From NCBI GenBank assembly GCA_963712745.1, contig CAVQJC010000007.1, forward strand, positions 13,110 through 77,109: a stretch of 64,000 nt of DNA, given 5' to 3'. Source of the DNA: an uncultured Chloroflexia bacterium. GTDB lineage: Bacteria; Chloroflexota; Limnocylindria; Limnocylindrales; CSP1-4. The notes under the pieces are model-generated. The model was given only the letters and a program-made list of their open reading frames with translations. It was not told where the DNA came from and made no database searches. The position numbers and the translations under genes are program-made. This document shows, in pieces, positions 9,164 through 20,491 of this stretch (positions are counted from its first letter, which is position 1; each line of letters begins with the position of its first letter).

Positions 9164-10312
9164 ATGAGCAAGACGATCGGCATCCTCACCGCCGGCGGTG
9201 ACAGCCCCGGCCTCAACGCCGCCATCCGGGGCGTGGGCAAGACCGCCATCGGCAGCTATGACATGCACGTCATCGGCTTCCGCGACGGCTTCCGCGGGCT
9301 GATGGAGAACCGGGTGGTGGCGCTCGACAAGGCCCAGCTCTCGGGCATCCTGACCATCGGCGGCACGATCCTCGGCACCAGCCGGGACAAGCCCCACCGC
9401 ATGGCCGTCGGCCAGCAGGTGCTGGACATGACCGACGCCATCGTCCAGAACTACCACGACCACAACCTCGACGCGCTTGTCTGCCTCGGTGGCGGAGGGA
9501 CCCAGAAGAACGCCTTTCGGCTGGCCAAAGCGGGGCTCGACGTGGTGACCCTGCCCAAGACCATCGACAACGACGTCTTTGGCACCGACGTGACGTTCGG
9601 CTTCGACACCGCCCTGGGCATCGCCACCGAGGCCATCGACCGCTTGCACAGCACCGCCCACAGCCATCACCGCATCATCGTGGTCGAGGTCATGGGCCAC
9701 AACACCGGCTGGCTGGCGCTCGGCGCCGGCATCGCCGGCGGCGCCGACGTCATCCTCATCCCCGAGATTCCCTACGACATCGACGCGGTCGCCGAGGCTA
9801 TCCGCCAGCGGCACCGCAAGGGCGCCTCGTTCAGCATCATCGCCGTCTCCGAGGGGGCGGTGCCACGCGACCGGGCAGCCGCCCTGCAGGCTGCGGAGGA
9901 GGCGCTGGCCCGGGCCAAGCGGAGCAAGAAGGCGGGGCGGGGCAGCGAGAAGGCCATCAAGGATGCGCGGGCCACCGTCAGCGACATCCACGGCCACCTG
10001 GGCAGTGACACGCTGGCTCTTTCCGAGGAGCTTGAGCGGCGGACGAATCTCGAGTCACGCGTGACCATCCTGGGACACCTCCAGCGTGGCGGCACACCCT
10101 CTGCTGCCGACCGTTTGCTGGCCACACGGCTCGGTGCCGCGTGCGCTCGTTTCATCGAGGAGGGCCGCTTCGGCGTGATGATCGCGGCCCGCGGCGAGGA
10201 GGCCGTGGCCGTACCGCTGGAGGAGGTGGTGGGCAAGCGCAAGACGGTGCCGCTCGATCATGCCTGGATCGAGACCGTCCGCGCCATCGGGGTATCGCTG
10301 GGCGACGCCTGA
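9164..10312 (+). CDS. pfkA: 6-phosphofructokinase
   Basis: [47 protein letters not shown]. Confidence 0.95.
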   Translation: MSKTIGILTAGGDSPGLNAAIRGVGKTAIGSYDMHVIGFRDGFRGLMENRVVALDKAQLSGILTIGGTILGTSRDKPHRMAVGQQVLDMTDAIVQNYHDHNLDALVCLGGGGTQKNAFRLAKAGLDVVTLPKTIDNDVFGTDVTFGFDTALGIATEAIDRLHSTAHSHHRIIVVEVMGHNTGWLALGAGIAGGADVILIPEIPYDIDAVAEAIRQRHRKGASFSIIAVSEGAVPRDRAAALQAAEEALARAKRSKKAGRGSEKAIKDARATVSDIHGHLGSDTLALSEELERRTNLESRVTILGHLQRGGTPSAADRLLATRLGAACARFIEEGRFGVMIAARGEEAVAVPLEEVVGKRKTVPLDHAWIETVRAIGVSLGDA

Positions 10313-10434
10313 TCCGTGGCCTCCGGCGACGGTCGAGAAGCGTGAAACTGCTTTGCCCTGCGGCGCTGACACTCGTATGATTGTGCCTGCGCCGTTAGCC
10401 GGCGCAGGCACAAGAGAATACGGAGGAGGACGTT

Positions 10435-11778
10435 ATGCGTAGATCCAGACTGCTGGTGGCCGCGGCCGCAGCGGCCCTGATGGTAGTACCTCTGGGAGCC
10501 AGCGCTCAGGATGAAGTCGACGTCTCAGGCACGTCGTTCACGCTCTTCGGCGCACCGACCGGCGTGGAGGGCGACGCCATCGACGGCTACCTCGACGTCT
10601 ACAACGCCGAGAAGGGCACGGACATCGCATACACCGGTACCGATGACTTCGAGGCGCAGCTGCGCATCCAGGTCGACGGCGGCAACCCTCCGGCGGTCGC
10701 CTTCGCTCCGCAGCCGAGCTCGATCTGTGAGTTTGCGGCTACAGGGCAACTCGCGTCACTGGAGGACATGGGCTTCGACATCGCGGAGATGTCGGCCAAC
10801 CGCTCCGCGAACCTGGTGGAGCTGGGGCTTTGCGAAGACGGGAAGCACTACGGCATCCCGTGGTTCCCGAACTTCAAGTCCATCATCTTCTATCACAAGC
10901 CGACCTTCGAGGAGAAGGGCTACGCGATCCCCGAGACCTACGACGACCTGGTTGCGCTGTCCGAACAGATCGTGGCGGATGGCATGACGCCGTGGTGCTT
11001 TGGCTTCGAGAACGCGAGTGCGACCGGCTGGCCGGGCACCGACTGGATCGAGGACATCGTGCTGCGCGAGGCCGGCCCTGAGGTGTACCAGGCCTGGTGG
11101 AAGCACGAGATCCCCTTCAACGACCCGCAGATCGTCCAGGCGTTCGACACGTTCGGCCAGATCGTGTTCGGCGAGGGGTTCGTGCTCGGCGGCCCCGAGA
11201 ACATCTCGAGCATCAACTTCCAGGACTCACCGGGCCCGCTGTTCAACGACCCGCCTGGCTGCCTCATGCTCAAGCAGGGCTCGTTCATCGCCAACTTCTT
11301 CTCGCAGGCCCCAGGCTATGAAGCGGGCGAGGAGTCGGAGATCGCCGTCTTCCCGTTCCCGGACATCAACGGCAACAGCGGTGCGCTCGGTGGCGGCGAC
11401 ACCATCCTGGTGTTCGATCCCTCGCCCGAGAACATCCAGATCGTGAAGGACTGGCTCACCCCTGACTGGATGTGCACACTGGCCTCGGCCTCGGGTGGCG
11501 GGGTTGCCCCGTACGGCGGCCATGGCGTGGCCGGCGTCGAGCGGCTACCGGGTCACAAGGATGTCGACCCGAACTGCTACGAGACCGAGAATGCCAAGAT
11601 CTTCGCTGAGGTCGTGGCCGACGCGCTCGGAGCTAACACCTTCGCGTACGACGGCGGTGACCTGATGCCATCGGCGGTGGGACAGGGCACCTTCTGGACC
11701 GGCATGGTCGACTTCACCCAGGGCAAGTCAGCCCAGGAAGTGACTGACACCATCGAGGCCAACTGGCCGACCGAGTAA
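10435..11778 (+). CDS. Sugar ABC transporter substrate-binding protein (alpha-glucoside AglE-like)
   Basis: Signal peptide; PWCFGFE..ATGWPGTDWIED and DLMPSAVG motifs. Confidence 0.88.
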   Translation: MRRSRLLVAAAAAALMVVPLGASAQDEVDVSGTSFTLFGAPTGVEGDAIDGYLDVYNAEKGTDIAYTGTDDFEAQLRIQVDGGNPPAVAFAPQPSSICEFAATGQLASLEDMGFDIAEMSANRSANLVELGLCEDGKHYGIPWFPNFKSIIFYHKPTFEEKGYAIPETYDDLVALSEQIVADGMTPWCFGFENASATGWPGTDWIEDIVLREAGPEVYQAWWKHEIPFNDPQIVQAFDTFGQIVFGEGFVLGGPENISSINFQDSPGPLFNDPPGCLMLKQGSFIANFFSQAPGYEAGEESEIAVFPFPDINGNSGALGGGDTILVFDPSPENIQIVKDWLTPDWMCTLASASGGGVAPYGGHGVAGVERLPGHKDVDPNCYETENAKIFAEVVADALGANTFAYDGGDLMPSAVGQGTFWTGMVDFTQGKSAQEVTDTIEANWPTE

Positions 11779-11797
11779 TCGTCAGTAGCTTGGGTCT

Positions 11798-11825
11798 GGC
11801 GGGCGGCGCATGAGTGCCGCCCGCC
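11798..11825 (+). terminator. Stem-loop after SBP gene (mRNA stabiliser or partial terminator)
   Basis: GC-rich inverted repeat GGCGGGCGGCGC-ATGA-GTGCCGCCCGCC; no U tract. Confidence 0.5.
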
Positions 11826-11874
11826 CGCCCGCCCCCCAACGCACTCGTGTGACCCGTAGCGGAATGGGAGGGAG

Positions 11875-13014
11875 ATGACCGCACCACTGTCGAGCCCTGA
11901 TTACGACACCACGAGTGAAGGGCTCGATCCAACGAGTCCAGCAAGGCGGCGGTTCGTCAAGGCCGTGACAGTCCTGGCGATCCCCACCATCCTCGTGGTC
12001 TTCGTCCTGGCGGTGCAGCTGTCCAAGGACGAGGGCATCCCCAAGTTCCTTCAGGTCGCGGTGGCGCTCGTCCTGGGCATCCTGGGCGTGTGGGCCCTCT
12101 TCTGGGCCATGGACCGCACAGTCGGCCTGTTCTCACAGAAGTGGGCGGCGAGGTTGCGGCCGTGGGTGTTCGTGGGCCCGGCCATCTTCGCCCTCGGCGC
12201 CTTCCTGGTCTACCCGGCCATCAACACCACGGTCATCTCGTTCCTCGACAACGGCGGCAAGGCGTTCGTCGGCCTGGACAACTACGTGACGATCTTCACC
12301 GAGCAGCAGTACCTGACCGGCATCCTCAACAGCATCCTGTGGGTCCTGGTCGTTCCGCTGCTGTCCGTGGTCATCGGCCTCGGCTACGCGACGCTCGCCG
12401 ACAAGCTGTCGCGTCGAACCGAGACCGTGGCCAAGTCCCTGATCTTCCTGCCCATGGCCATCTCGTTCGTCGGGGCCAGCGTCGTGTGGGCCTTCGTGTA
12501 CTACTACCGGGTCGCCGGCTTTGGCGAACAGATCGGTCTGTTCAACGGCATCCTCGTGGCATTGGGCCTCGAGCCGGTTAACTGGATCACCCAGCAGCCG
12601 TGGAACAACGGCCTCCTGATGTGGATCCTCATCTGGCTTCAGGTCGGCTTCTCCATGGTCATCCTTTCCTCGGCCATCAAGGGCGTGCCCGCAGACCTGC
12701 AGGAGGCCGCGCGCATCGATGGCGCGAACGAGTGGCAGACGTTCCGCAGGATCACCATCCCGGTCATCGCCTCCACCATCGTGGTGGTGTGGACCACGGT
12801 CGCGATCACGACCTGGAAGGTCTTCGATATCGTGAAGGTGATGACAGGCGGGCGCAACGGCACCCAGGTCATCGCGCAGCAGATGGTGCAGGAGTTCTTT
12901 GACTTCGGCAGGGACGGCATCGGCGCCGCTCTCGCCGTCATCCTGTTCATCGCCGTCATCCCCATCCTCGTGGTGAACATCCGCCGCTTCCAGGCGCAGG
13001 AGGAGATGCGGTGA
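11875..13014 (+). CDS. Sugar ABC transporter permease
   Basis: EAARIDGA (EAA loop); multiple TM. Confidence 0.92.
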   Translation: MTAPLSSPDYDTTSEGLDPTSPARRRFVKAVTVLAIPTILVVFVLAVQLSKDEGIPKFLQVAVALVLGILGVWALFWAMDRTVGLFSQKWAARLRPWVFVGPAIFALGAFLVYPAINTTVISFLDNGGKAFVGLDNYVTIFTEQQYLTGILNSILWVLVVPLLSVVIGLGYATLADKLSRRTETVAKSLIFLPMAISFVGASVVWAFVYYYRVAGFGEQIGLFNGILVALGLEPVNWITQQPWNNGLLMWILIWLQVGFSMVILSSAIKGVPADLQEAARIDGANEWQTFRRITIPVIASTIVVVWTTVAITTWKVFDIVKVMTGGRNGTQVIAQQMVQEFFDFGRDGIGAALAVILFIAVIPILVVNIRRFQAQEEMR

Positions 13015-13889
13015 GCGCGATGAACAGCGAGCCAGTCCCGGGCCAGGGCCGGATGCCTCGAAAGGCGCTGGTCTACGCGGCCATCTCGATCATCACCATC
13101 GTGTGGGTGCTGCCCACGCTTGGCCTGCTCATCAACTCCTTCCGCACTCCGCAGGCCATCCGCACATCGGGCTGGTGGACGATCCTCGGAGAGGTCCTTG
13201 ATCCCTCGACGTGGACGCTGCAGAACTACCAGACCGTTCTGGACGAGGGCTTCGGCAACGCCTTCCTCAACACGCTGGCAGTGACCGTCCCGGCGGTCGT
13301 CATCCCGCTGACCATCGCGGCCTTCGCAGCCTATGCGTTCGCATGGATGAACTTCCCGGGCCGCAACCTCCTCTTCCTGGTCGTGGTGGGCCTCATGGTC
13401 GTGCCGCTGCAGATGGCGCTGATCCCCATCTTGCGGATGTACACAGCGCTCGACCTGACCGGCACGTTCCCGGCTATCTGGCTGGCACACACCGGATTCG
13501 GCCTGCCGCTGGCGGTGTACCTGCTACGTAACTACATGGGATCCTTGCCCTCGGAGATCATGGAATTGGCCCGGGTCGATGGCGCCAACCACTGGCTCAT
13601 CTTCACCAGGATCATCCTGCCGCTGTCGGTGCCGGTGCTGGCCTCCTTCGCCATCTTCCAGTTCCTGTGGGTCTGGAACGACTACCTGGTGGCCCTGGTC
13701 TTCCTCGGTATCGACCCCGACAAGCGCGTGCTCAACGTCGAGCTGGCCGACCTCGCCGGACGTGGCGAGGGTGCGCTGAACCTGCTACCTGCAGCCGCGT
13801 TCGTGACCATGCTGCTGCCACTGGCGGTCTTCTTCGGCCTGCAGCGCTACTTCGTGCGCGGCCTGACGGCCGGGTCGGTCAAGGGCTAG
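13011..13889 (+). CDS. Sugar ABC transporter permease
   Basis: ELARVDGA, WVWNDYL, QRYFVRGLTAGSVKG. Confidence 0.92.
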   Translation: MSAMNSEPVPGQGRMPRKALVYAAISIITIVWVLPTLGLLINSFRTPQAIRTSGWWTILGEVLDPSTWTLQNYQTVLDEGFGNAFLNTLAVTVPAVVIPLTIAAFAAYAFAWMNFPGRNLLFLVVVGLMVVPLQMALIPILRMYTALDLTGTFPAIWLAHTGFGLPLAVYLLRNYMGSLPSEIMELARVDGANHWLIFTRIILPLSVPVLASFAIFQFLWVWNDYLVALVFLGIDPDKRVLNVELADLAGRGEGALNLLPAAAFVTMLLPLAVFFGLQRYFVRGLTAGSVKG

Positions 13890-14012
13890 GCATCGCGTCT
13901 CGGACAGGGATAGCGCCTCGCGCGGCCGCTGCCTTCGAAGGCTCGTCCGCGCGGGTAGCGCCATCGATCTGTCATCGGCCCCTCGAGACCTCCGGTGTAC
14001 GATGGCGCGACC

Positions 14013-14372
14013 ATGCCTGACCCGACCATCACCAACGACGCCATCGGCCCCACCATCGCAGCCTCCGACGATGCCGCGCCGGCCTTCGACCCGGTGCAGC
14101 GCTCGCGAGAGCTGGCCGTGCTCGACGCCCTCCGCTCCGTAGTCGACCCGGAGATCGGCATGAACGTGGTCGAGCTGGCCCTCATCAAGCAGGTCATCCT
14201 CGGGGACGAGTCGACCGAGATCAAGATGATCCTGACCACGCCCTTCTGTCCGTACGCCGGTTCCATGATCCAGCAGGTCAAGGAGGCAGCCGAGGAAGCG
14301 GAGGGGCATGAGGTCAAGGTCACCCTCCTGGCCGAACGCTGGGATCCTCGCGACGCGGGCCTGACCTGGTAG
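14013..14372 (+). CDS. Metal-sulfur cluster assembly factor (DUF59/SufT-like)
   Basis: LRSVVDPEIGMNVVEL...LTTPFCP motif. Confidence 0.88.
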   Translation: MPDPTITNDAIGPTIAASDDAAPAFDPVQRSRELAVLDALRSVVDPEIGMNVVELALIKQVILGDESTEIKMILTTPFCPYAGSMIQQVKEAAEEAEGHEVKVTLLAERWDPRDAGLTW

Positions 14373-14394
14373 AGACCGCCGCGAGCCCAGTCAC

Positions 14395-15027
14395 ATGAGC
14401 CCCTCGGAAGCCCGCGCTCGGCGCGAGGCCATCGCCGACAGTGCCGTCGCTACGGGCAAGGGCGACGACGGCACCACCGGACTGCTTTACGGGGGCCGAA
14501 TCGCCAAGGACGACGCGCGGGCGGAGGCCTACGGCACCATCGACGAGGCCGTCTCCGCGCTGGGGCTGGCCCGTGCCGAGATCGCCACCATGGCCCGGGC
14601 TGGAGCGCTGGCCGCACCGCTGGCCGAGATGGGACGGACCCTGCTCCACCTCCAGCGCGACCTATTCGTGGCCGGCGCGGAGCTGGCCACGAACCCGGAT
14701 GCCTGGGACCGGCTGCGCGACGGTGAGACCAGGGTCGACGAGGACATGCTCACGGCGCTCGAGAAGCTGCTGCGGAGCACCGAGGCACAGGTCGAGATGC
14801 CGCGGGAGTTCGTGGTGCCCGGCTCGGACCGGCTGTCGGCAGCACTCGAGCTGGCGCGGACCGTGGTGCGCCGGGCGGAGCGCCGGGTCATCGCTCTGGA
14901 CCACGAGCGCCTGGTGCCCGGCGCCTGGCTGATGCCCTACCTCAACCGTCTCGCCGACCTGCTGTGGGTGCTTGCGCGCCTGGCCGAGCAGAACGGCGAG
15001 GGCGACACCACCAGGGTCCGCACCTAG
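14395..15027 (+). CDS. pduO: Cob(I)alamin adenosyltransferase, PduO type
   Basis: TGKGDDGTT, EAYGTIDE, ARTVVRRAERR, YLNRLADLLWVLAR. Confidence 0.9.
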   Translation: MSPSEARARREAIADSAVATGKGDDGTTGLLYGGRIAKDDARAEAYGTIDEAVSALGLARAEIATMARAGALAAPLAEMGRTLLHLQRDLFVAGAELATNPDAWDRLRDGETRVDEDMLTALEKLLRSTEAQVEMPREFVVPGSDRLSAALELARTVVRRAERRVIALDHERLVPGAWLMPYLNRLADLLWVLARLAEQNGEGDTTRVRT

Positions 15028-15106
15028 GCCTCTTCCTCGGCGCTCGCTAGAATTACTGCGCATGTGCCCGATGGCTCGGGCACCCTCTCGAAAGGAAACG
15101 ACGCTC

Positions 15107-15895
15107 GTGCACCCCTCTGACAGCGATCCCGTCAACCGCTCCCAGGCGCCGACCACCATGTCGGAGCGCGACAAGACCATCCAGACGCTCGGCGGCGTCA
15201 TCGAGTCGAGCGCGCCACGCGAAGGCTTCCTGACCGGCAGCTTCGTGTGGATGTTCGTAGGTGTCGTGCTCTCTGCCATCTCGGCGCTCTTCGTGATGAC
15301 CAACGAGAGCCTGCTGGCGACGGTCACGGACTACTGGCTCCTGCTGCTCATCGGCCAGCTGGGCGTGGTCTTCGGCATCACCTTCCTCATCAACCGTATC
15401 TCGTCGGTCGTCGCACTCGGCCTGTTCTTCGTCTACGCCCTGCTCATGGGCCTGGTCCTCGGTGTCATCGTCTTCAACTTCACCTACGACCCGACCGCTC
15501 CGGGCAACGTCTCCGCCAGCGGCATGGGCGGCGTGGTCTCGGCCTTCCTCGGCGCGGCGGCCATCTTCGGCGGGGCGGCCGTCTACGGCTACGCCACCAA
15601 GCGCGACCTGACCAGCCTCGGCGGCATCCTCTTCATGGGCCTGATCGGGCTCATCGTGGTCATGATCGTGCAGCTGTTCTTCTTCGCCGAGAGCAGCCTC
15701 ATGAACCTCGCCATCGGTGTCATCGGCGTCATCATCTTCACCGGCCTCACCGCCTGGGACGTGCAGCGGCTGAAGAACGGCGCCATGCCCAACATCAACA
15801 AGGACTCGGCCACCGTCATGGGCGCGCTGATGCTCTACCTCGACTTCATCAACCTGTTCCTGTTCATGCTCAGGATCTTCGGCAGCAGCCGCTGA
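15107..15895 (+). CDS. Bax inhibitor-1/YccA family membrane protein
   Basis: TKRDLTSLG, TAWDVQRLK, ALMLYLDFINLFL. Confidence 0.92.
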   Translation: MHPSDSDPVNRSQAPTTMSERDKTIQTLGGVIESSAPREGFLTGSFVWMFVGVVLSAISALFVMTNESLLATVTDYWLLLLIGQLGVVFGITFLINRISSVVALGLFFVYALLMGLVLGVIVFNFTYDPTAPGNVSASGMGGVVSAFLGAAAIFGGAAVYGYATKRDLTSLGGILFMGLIGLIVVMIVQLFFFAESSLMNLAIGVIGVIIFTGLTAWDVQRLKNGAMPNINKDSATVMGALMLYLDFINLFLFMLRIFGSSR

Positions 15896-15939
15896 CCAAC
15901 GGCCGCACCGGCCGGCGTCGGCCACGGCCGGGACCTGAC

Positions 15940-17199
15940 GTGAGCGAGACCGACAGCGCCGGCAGGACTGTCCCTGGAGCCGCGGCCCTCGAGCGTGCGG
16001 ACGTGGCGGTCATCGGCGCCGGCATCATCGGCCTGGCCACGACATTGCGGCTCCTGGAGCAGCGGCCGGACCTGTCGGTCGTTCTCCTCGAGAAGGAAAG
16101 CACGGTGGCCTCGCACCAGACGGGCCACAACAGCGGTGTCCTGCACGCGGGTCTCTATTACGAGCCCGGTTCACTCAAGGCACGCCTGTGCCGCGAGGGC
16201 AAGGCGGACCTGGAGGCATACTGCGAGGCACACGGGGTGCCCATCGAGCACACCGGCAAGCTGGTCATCGCCTCGGACGAGTCGGAGCTGGGACGGCTGG
16301 CGGCGATCAAAGAGCGGGGCCTGGCCAACGAGGTGCCCGGACTCGAGGAAGTCGGACCCGAGCGCATCCGCGAGCTGGAGCCACACGCGGTCGGACTCAG
16401 GGCCCTGTGGAGCCCCGGCACCGCCATCGTCGACTTCCTGGCCGTGGCCCTGGCCCTGGCCCATGACATCGTCGAGCGCGGTGCGGTCATCGAGACTCGC
16501 CGCGCGGCGACCTCGCTCGAGTCCCGCGCTGGGGATACCGTCGTCGGCACTTCTCGCGGGGACCTGCTGGCGCGACGGGTCATCGCCTGTGCCGGGCTGC
16601 AGGCCGATCGCGTGGCCGCCATGAGCGGCGACGTCCACGGGGAGCAGCCTCGGATCGTGCCCTTCCGCGGCGACTACTACACGCTCAAGCCGGAGGCGCG
16701 CCACCTGGTGAAGGGTCTCATCTACCCGGTGCCCGACCCGCAGTTCCCCTTCCTCGGGGTGCACCTCTCGCGGCGCATCGACGGGTCCGTGTTGGCCGGC
16801 CCCAACGCGGTCCTGGCCACGGCGCGTGAGGGCTATGGGCGCCTGCACGTCTCGCCGCGAGACCTGGCCGAGACGCTGGGCGACCCCGGATTCCGCAGGC
16901 TGGCCCGGCGGTTCTGGCGGGTCGGAGCCGCGGAGTTGTGGCGCGACTGGTCCAAGCGTGCGTTCCTGGCCGGCCTGCGCCGGTACGTGCCGGCTCTGAG
17001 CTCGCAGCATCTCGTCTTCGGCCCCTCCGGCGTGCGGGCACAGGCGCTCCGGCCCGACGGCTCGCTGGTCGACGACTTCCTGCTGGGCGGCTCGGAGCGG
17101 GTGCTCCATGTGCTCAACGCGCCCTCGCCGGCGGCGACCTCCTCGCTGGCCATCGGGAGCGTGCTCGCGGGTGAGGCCATCGAGCGGTTCAGCCTGTAG
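15940..17199 (+). CDS. lhgO: L-2-hydroxyglutarate oxidase
   Basis: IGAGIIG, HQTGHNSGVLHAGLYY, YPVPDPQFPFLGVH, NAPSPAATSSL. Confidence 0.92.
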   Translation: MSETDSAGRTVPGAAALERADVAVIGAGIIGLATTLRLLEQRPDLSVVLLEKESTVASHQTGHNSGVLHAGLYYEPGSLKARLCREGKADLEAYCEAHGVPIEHTGKLVIASDESELGRLAAIKERGLANEVPGLEEVGPERIRELEPHAVGLRALWSPGTAIVDFLAVALALAHDIVERGAVIETRRAATSLESRAGDTVVGTSRGDLLARRVIACAGLQADRVAAMSGDVHGEQPRIVPFRGDYYTLKPEARHLVKGLIYPVPDPQFPFLGVHLSRRIDGSVLAGPNAVLATAREGYGRLHVSPRDLAETLGDPGFRRLARRFWRVGAAELWRDWSKRAFLAGLRRYVPALSSQHLVFGPSGVRAQALRPDGSLVDDFLLGGSERVLHVLNAPSPAATSSLAIGSVLAGEAIERFSL

Positions 17200-17300
17200 G
17201 CCAGGGGTGGACCGCCGTCCCATCGATTCGTACGGCTGCGGTCGGCAGTGAGATACGTGTACGCTGTCATCTGCCTGTCAACCAACGATGAGGTTGTGAC

Positions 17301-18194
17301 ATGACGTGGGAATCCCAGGGCCCCCAGACGCCGCAAGACCCGCGTGCGCCCGGTGCCCAGCAGCCTGGGCAGCCACTGCCGCCCGGATACCAGCCACCAC
17401 CACCGGGTTACGCTCCGCCGCCTCCGGTCGACCCGTGGGCGCAGCCACAGCCGGGCCAGGCGCCGCCCCCGGGCTACGCGCCCCCGCCACCCGGCTATGG
17501 GCCGCCCCCGGGCTACGGGGCACCGCCGCCTCCAGACCCGATGTGGCGGCCGCCGCCCGCCTATCCGCTGGCGCCCGACGCGTACGCGGTCAACGTGTCC
17601 TTCGACCGGCAGGCCCGCATCAACCGCCTGTGGGGCATCCCGTTCGTCGGCCAGTTCGTCCGCTTCATCATGCTCATCCCGCACTTCATCGTGCTCTTCC
17701 TGGTCGCTATCGTGGCCGCCATCCAGATCCTCGTGGCCTGGATCCCGGTGCTGTTGCTGGGCCGCTTCCCCGGCTGGGGCTACCGCTGGATCGGCGGTCT
17801 GCTGGGCTACACGTTGCGGGTCCAGGCATACGCCATGCTCATGACCGACACCTACCCGCCGTTCTCGCTGTCCGGCGAGGAGCATCCCGTCAGCGTCCGC
17901 TATGACGAGGGTGTGCGCATCAACCGCCTTTGGGGCATCCCGCTCATCGGCCAGCTCGTGCGTGGCATCCTGCTCATCCCCCACTTCATCATCCTCTGGC
18001 TCCTTAGCATCCTGGCCTTCTTCCTGTACCTGGTGGTGTGGGTGCCCGTGCTCGTCCTGGGCCGGCAGGCGGACGTGATCTATACCATCGTCGGCGGCCT
18101 CTACCGATGGCAGCTGCGCGTGAGCACCTATCTGCTGCTTATGGTGGACCGCTACCCACCCTTCTCACTCGGCGAGGACGATCCGCGACTGTGA
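17301..18194 (+). CDS. DUF4389-like membrane protein with Pro/Gly/Tyr-rich N-terminus
   Basis: Two internal repeats INRLWGIP..LIPHFI..D.YPPFSL. Confidence 0.85.
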   Translation: MTWESQGPQTPQDPRAPGAQQPGQPLPPGYQPPPPGYAPPPPVDPWAQPQPGQAPPPGYAPPPPGYGPPPGYGAPPPPDPMWRPPPAYPLAPDAYAVNVSFDRQARINRLWGIPFVGQFVRFIMLIPHFIVLFLVAIVAAIQILVAWIPVLLLGRFPGWGYRWIGGLLGYTLRVQAYAMLMTDTYPPFSLSGEEHPVSVRYDEGVRINRLWGIPLIGQLVRGILLIPHFIILWLLSILAFFLYLVVWVPVLVLGRQADVIYTIVGGLYRWQLRVSTYLLLMVDRYPPFSLGEDDPRL

Positions 18195-18730
18195 CCGACA
18201 ACGACGACGAGAGTCGAGCGACACCCTCTGACGACGACGCCCCTGGCGAGGCCTCGCCCGATCAGCTGGAGGGTGCGCTCGAGGCCGCCGAGGCCACCCT
18301 TACGCGAACGCCGGAGGTCGACTACCTGCTGGTTGCCGACCGGGCCGAGGTGGTCAACGGCAAGCTCTACCTGATGGGCGGCAGCTGGGACCGCATCCAG
18401 CCGCAGCAGTTCCCGCACCGCATGATGCTGGGCATCGCGCTGGGCGTGCGCATCCCCTTCGCCTACACCGATGACGAGCACACGGTGGCTATCGAGCTGC
18501 TACACGACCACACGCGCATGATCGGCTTCGAGGCCAAGCTGGCCACGGGCCGGCCCCCGGGCATGGCCGGCATGGACATGCTGGTTCCGATGGCCTTCAA
18601 CATCCCGGTCGCGATCCCCGGCGAGGGCCAGGTCACGCTGCGCGCCGTGATCGACGGCAAGTCCGGCCGCCGACACGAGATCAAGGTCATCCAGCGTCCG
18701 CAGCAGGGCCAGCAGATCCGACCGGCCTAG
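18191..18730 (+). CDS. Hypothetical protein (DUF6941-like)
   Basis: LLVADRAEVVNGKLYLMGGSWD; GTG overlaps the previous stop. Confidence 0.7.
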   Translation: MTDNDDESRATPSDDDAPGEASPDQLEGALEAAEATLTRTPEVDYLLVADRAEVVNGKLYLMGGSWDRIQPQQFPHRMMLGIALGVRIPFAYTDDEHTVAIELLHDHTRMIGFEAKLATGRPPGMAGMDMLVPMAFNIPVAIPGEGQVTLRAVIDGKSGRRHEIKVIQRPQQGQQIRPA

Positions 18731-19410
18731 GCGCAGAGGCCAAGGTCACCGACACAGGGCTGGGTCCGTCCAAGAGGCCGGTCCGCTGCGCCCGGAGGCC
18801 GGTCATGCCCCCGGACCTGACCCCGCCCAGCCGGGCGATCCACTCTCGGCCAGGCGGTTCTTCGCAACCATTGCAGAACATCGGCCCTGTCGCGCGGTCC
18901 CTGCTGTCTATTCGGGCCTGACCCGGGCCGTATCCGATATCCCACGCTCCGCCAGGCAGGACGCGGGGCAGGGCACGGTCCCACGAGCGCCCAGACGTTG
19001 TCGAAAGTGGCACGGGACGCGGGGTCTGTTCGATGACTGCAAAGATCCGTCGGGCTACGGTACGCCGGACGCCGGGAAGGGCTCAGCATTCAGTCGGGGT
19101 CGACAGGCTGGCCGACCTCGGCCACGATGTGAACGTCGATGCCATCTGGTACCTCGCCCCGCACGGGCTCCACTCGTTGGCGTAGTCGACAGAGCTGCCT
19201 TGCGGCGATCCACGCGGATCGCAGGGAGAGTGGCGGCGTAGCCGGGATGGTGACGCTGAGACCAGCGCCGATTCGAATGATTGCTTCAACGTTTGCGTGC
19301 TCCTGATGTCGGCCGCCGGGGATGCAGGCTCGATGGCTGCCCCAGTCAGCTCGTACCGGCCGCGGACGGCCGCGCCAGGCGATGGGAAACGGTCAGTCCG
19401 CGCCCTCGCG

Positions 19411-19980
19411 TCAACCGAGCTGCGGGACCTGCTGTCGCTCGGCGTGCTCCTCTAGCTCGGCGTACGTCCGCTCCGCGTGGCGGATCACGAAGGCGGCGTC
19501 CTCACCAAGCAGCTCAGTCATCCGATTCACCAGATCGTCGGCGTCACCGCCCACATGACCACGGGCATCCACCGCCGCTCGCGGCCGGTGTGGAGCAAGA
19601 CGCCGGAGAAGTCCGGTAGCGTGGAGATTCGTCCGAGGCTCGCAAGCAGGACCGGCAGCTCGTCGGTGTCGGGGAGCCTGGACCCCTCGCTGACGAACGG
19701 CGTCGGCTCCAGCGAGGCCGAGGCTGCGGGATCCTGCTGACGGTCGTCGAGCACCCTGACCTCGCCGACGAGGAACAGGGTCGTCGGACACCACGGGGCG
19801 GGGGATCGGACCAGAAGCTCCTCGAGCCAGGCGGCCGATCGCTCGGCCGCTTCGGGCGTGTCCTCCGCCAACGGCACGCCCCGAACGTGGCGCGGTCCCC
19901 GTCGGATACCAGCAGGCCTTCGACGACAGCAGCACCGTCACGCCGGCATCGCCGTACCTCGCCTCCCGGACCTCGGAGGT
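19411..19980 (-). pseudogene. Frameshifted or truncated hypothetical gene
   Basis: Protein-like text split across frames (19527-19877 and 19411-~19560); no clear start. Confidence 0.45.
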
Positions 19981-20491
19981 GGGCGACTTCGATCAGCTGT
20001 CCATCGACTTCGACGTCTACGCGCTCGTGGACGGGACCGTGCGCCGCCACCAGTCCGGCATCCGCGACGAGTCCTCCGCGCTCGAGCGACCACCGGGCGA
20101 GGCTGCGCCGGACTACCGTCTTGTCGACGGCTCGGGGCGTGACGTGAGCGACGGTCGACTGTATCTCCATGACGCGGCCGCCGATAGCATCGTCGCCTTC
20201 GGCAAGATCGACGGCCGATACCTGGGTGGGTGGGTCACGAGCGGCGGCGAGATTGACGACATCCGCGGCATGTACGTCATCGAGGGCGGCCTGACCACGG
20301 AGGGCCAGCGCAAGGACGACACCCTCGTGTGGATCACGCCGGCGGCCATCTACCGGGCATCGCTCCCGCTGACGGCAGCACGGGCCGACGACCCCGCGCC
20401 CGACCCGTCCCCGGCTCCGCTGGTGGACGCGGCGCGTGACGACTTGCTCGAGCTCTCCATCACGACATCGCGATCCACCTGGACTCGATGA
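19979..20491 (+). pseudogene. Probable C-terminal fragment of a beta-propeller-like protein
   Basis: GRLYLHD...SIVAFGKIDGRYLG beta-strand pattern; begins abruptly back-to-back with the minus-strand fragment. Confidence 0.4.

Noticed and set aside
19083-19289. 68 aa ORF as possible RiPP precursor
   Set aside because: No modifying enzymes adjacent; an overlapping frame looks equally protein-like; region appears degenerate
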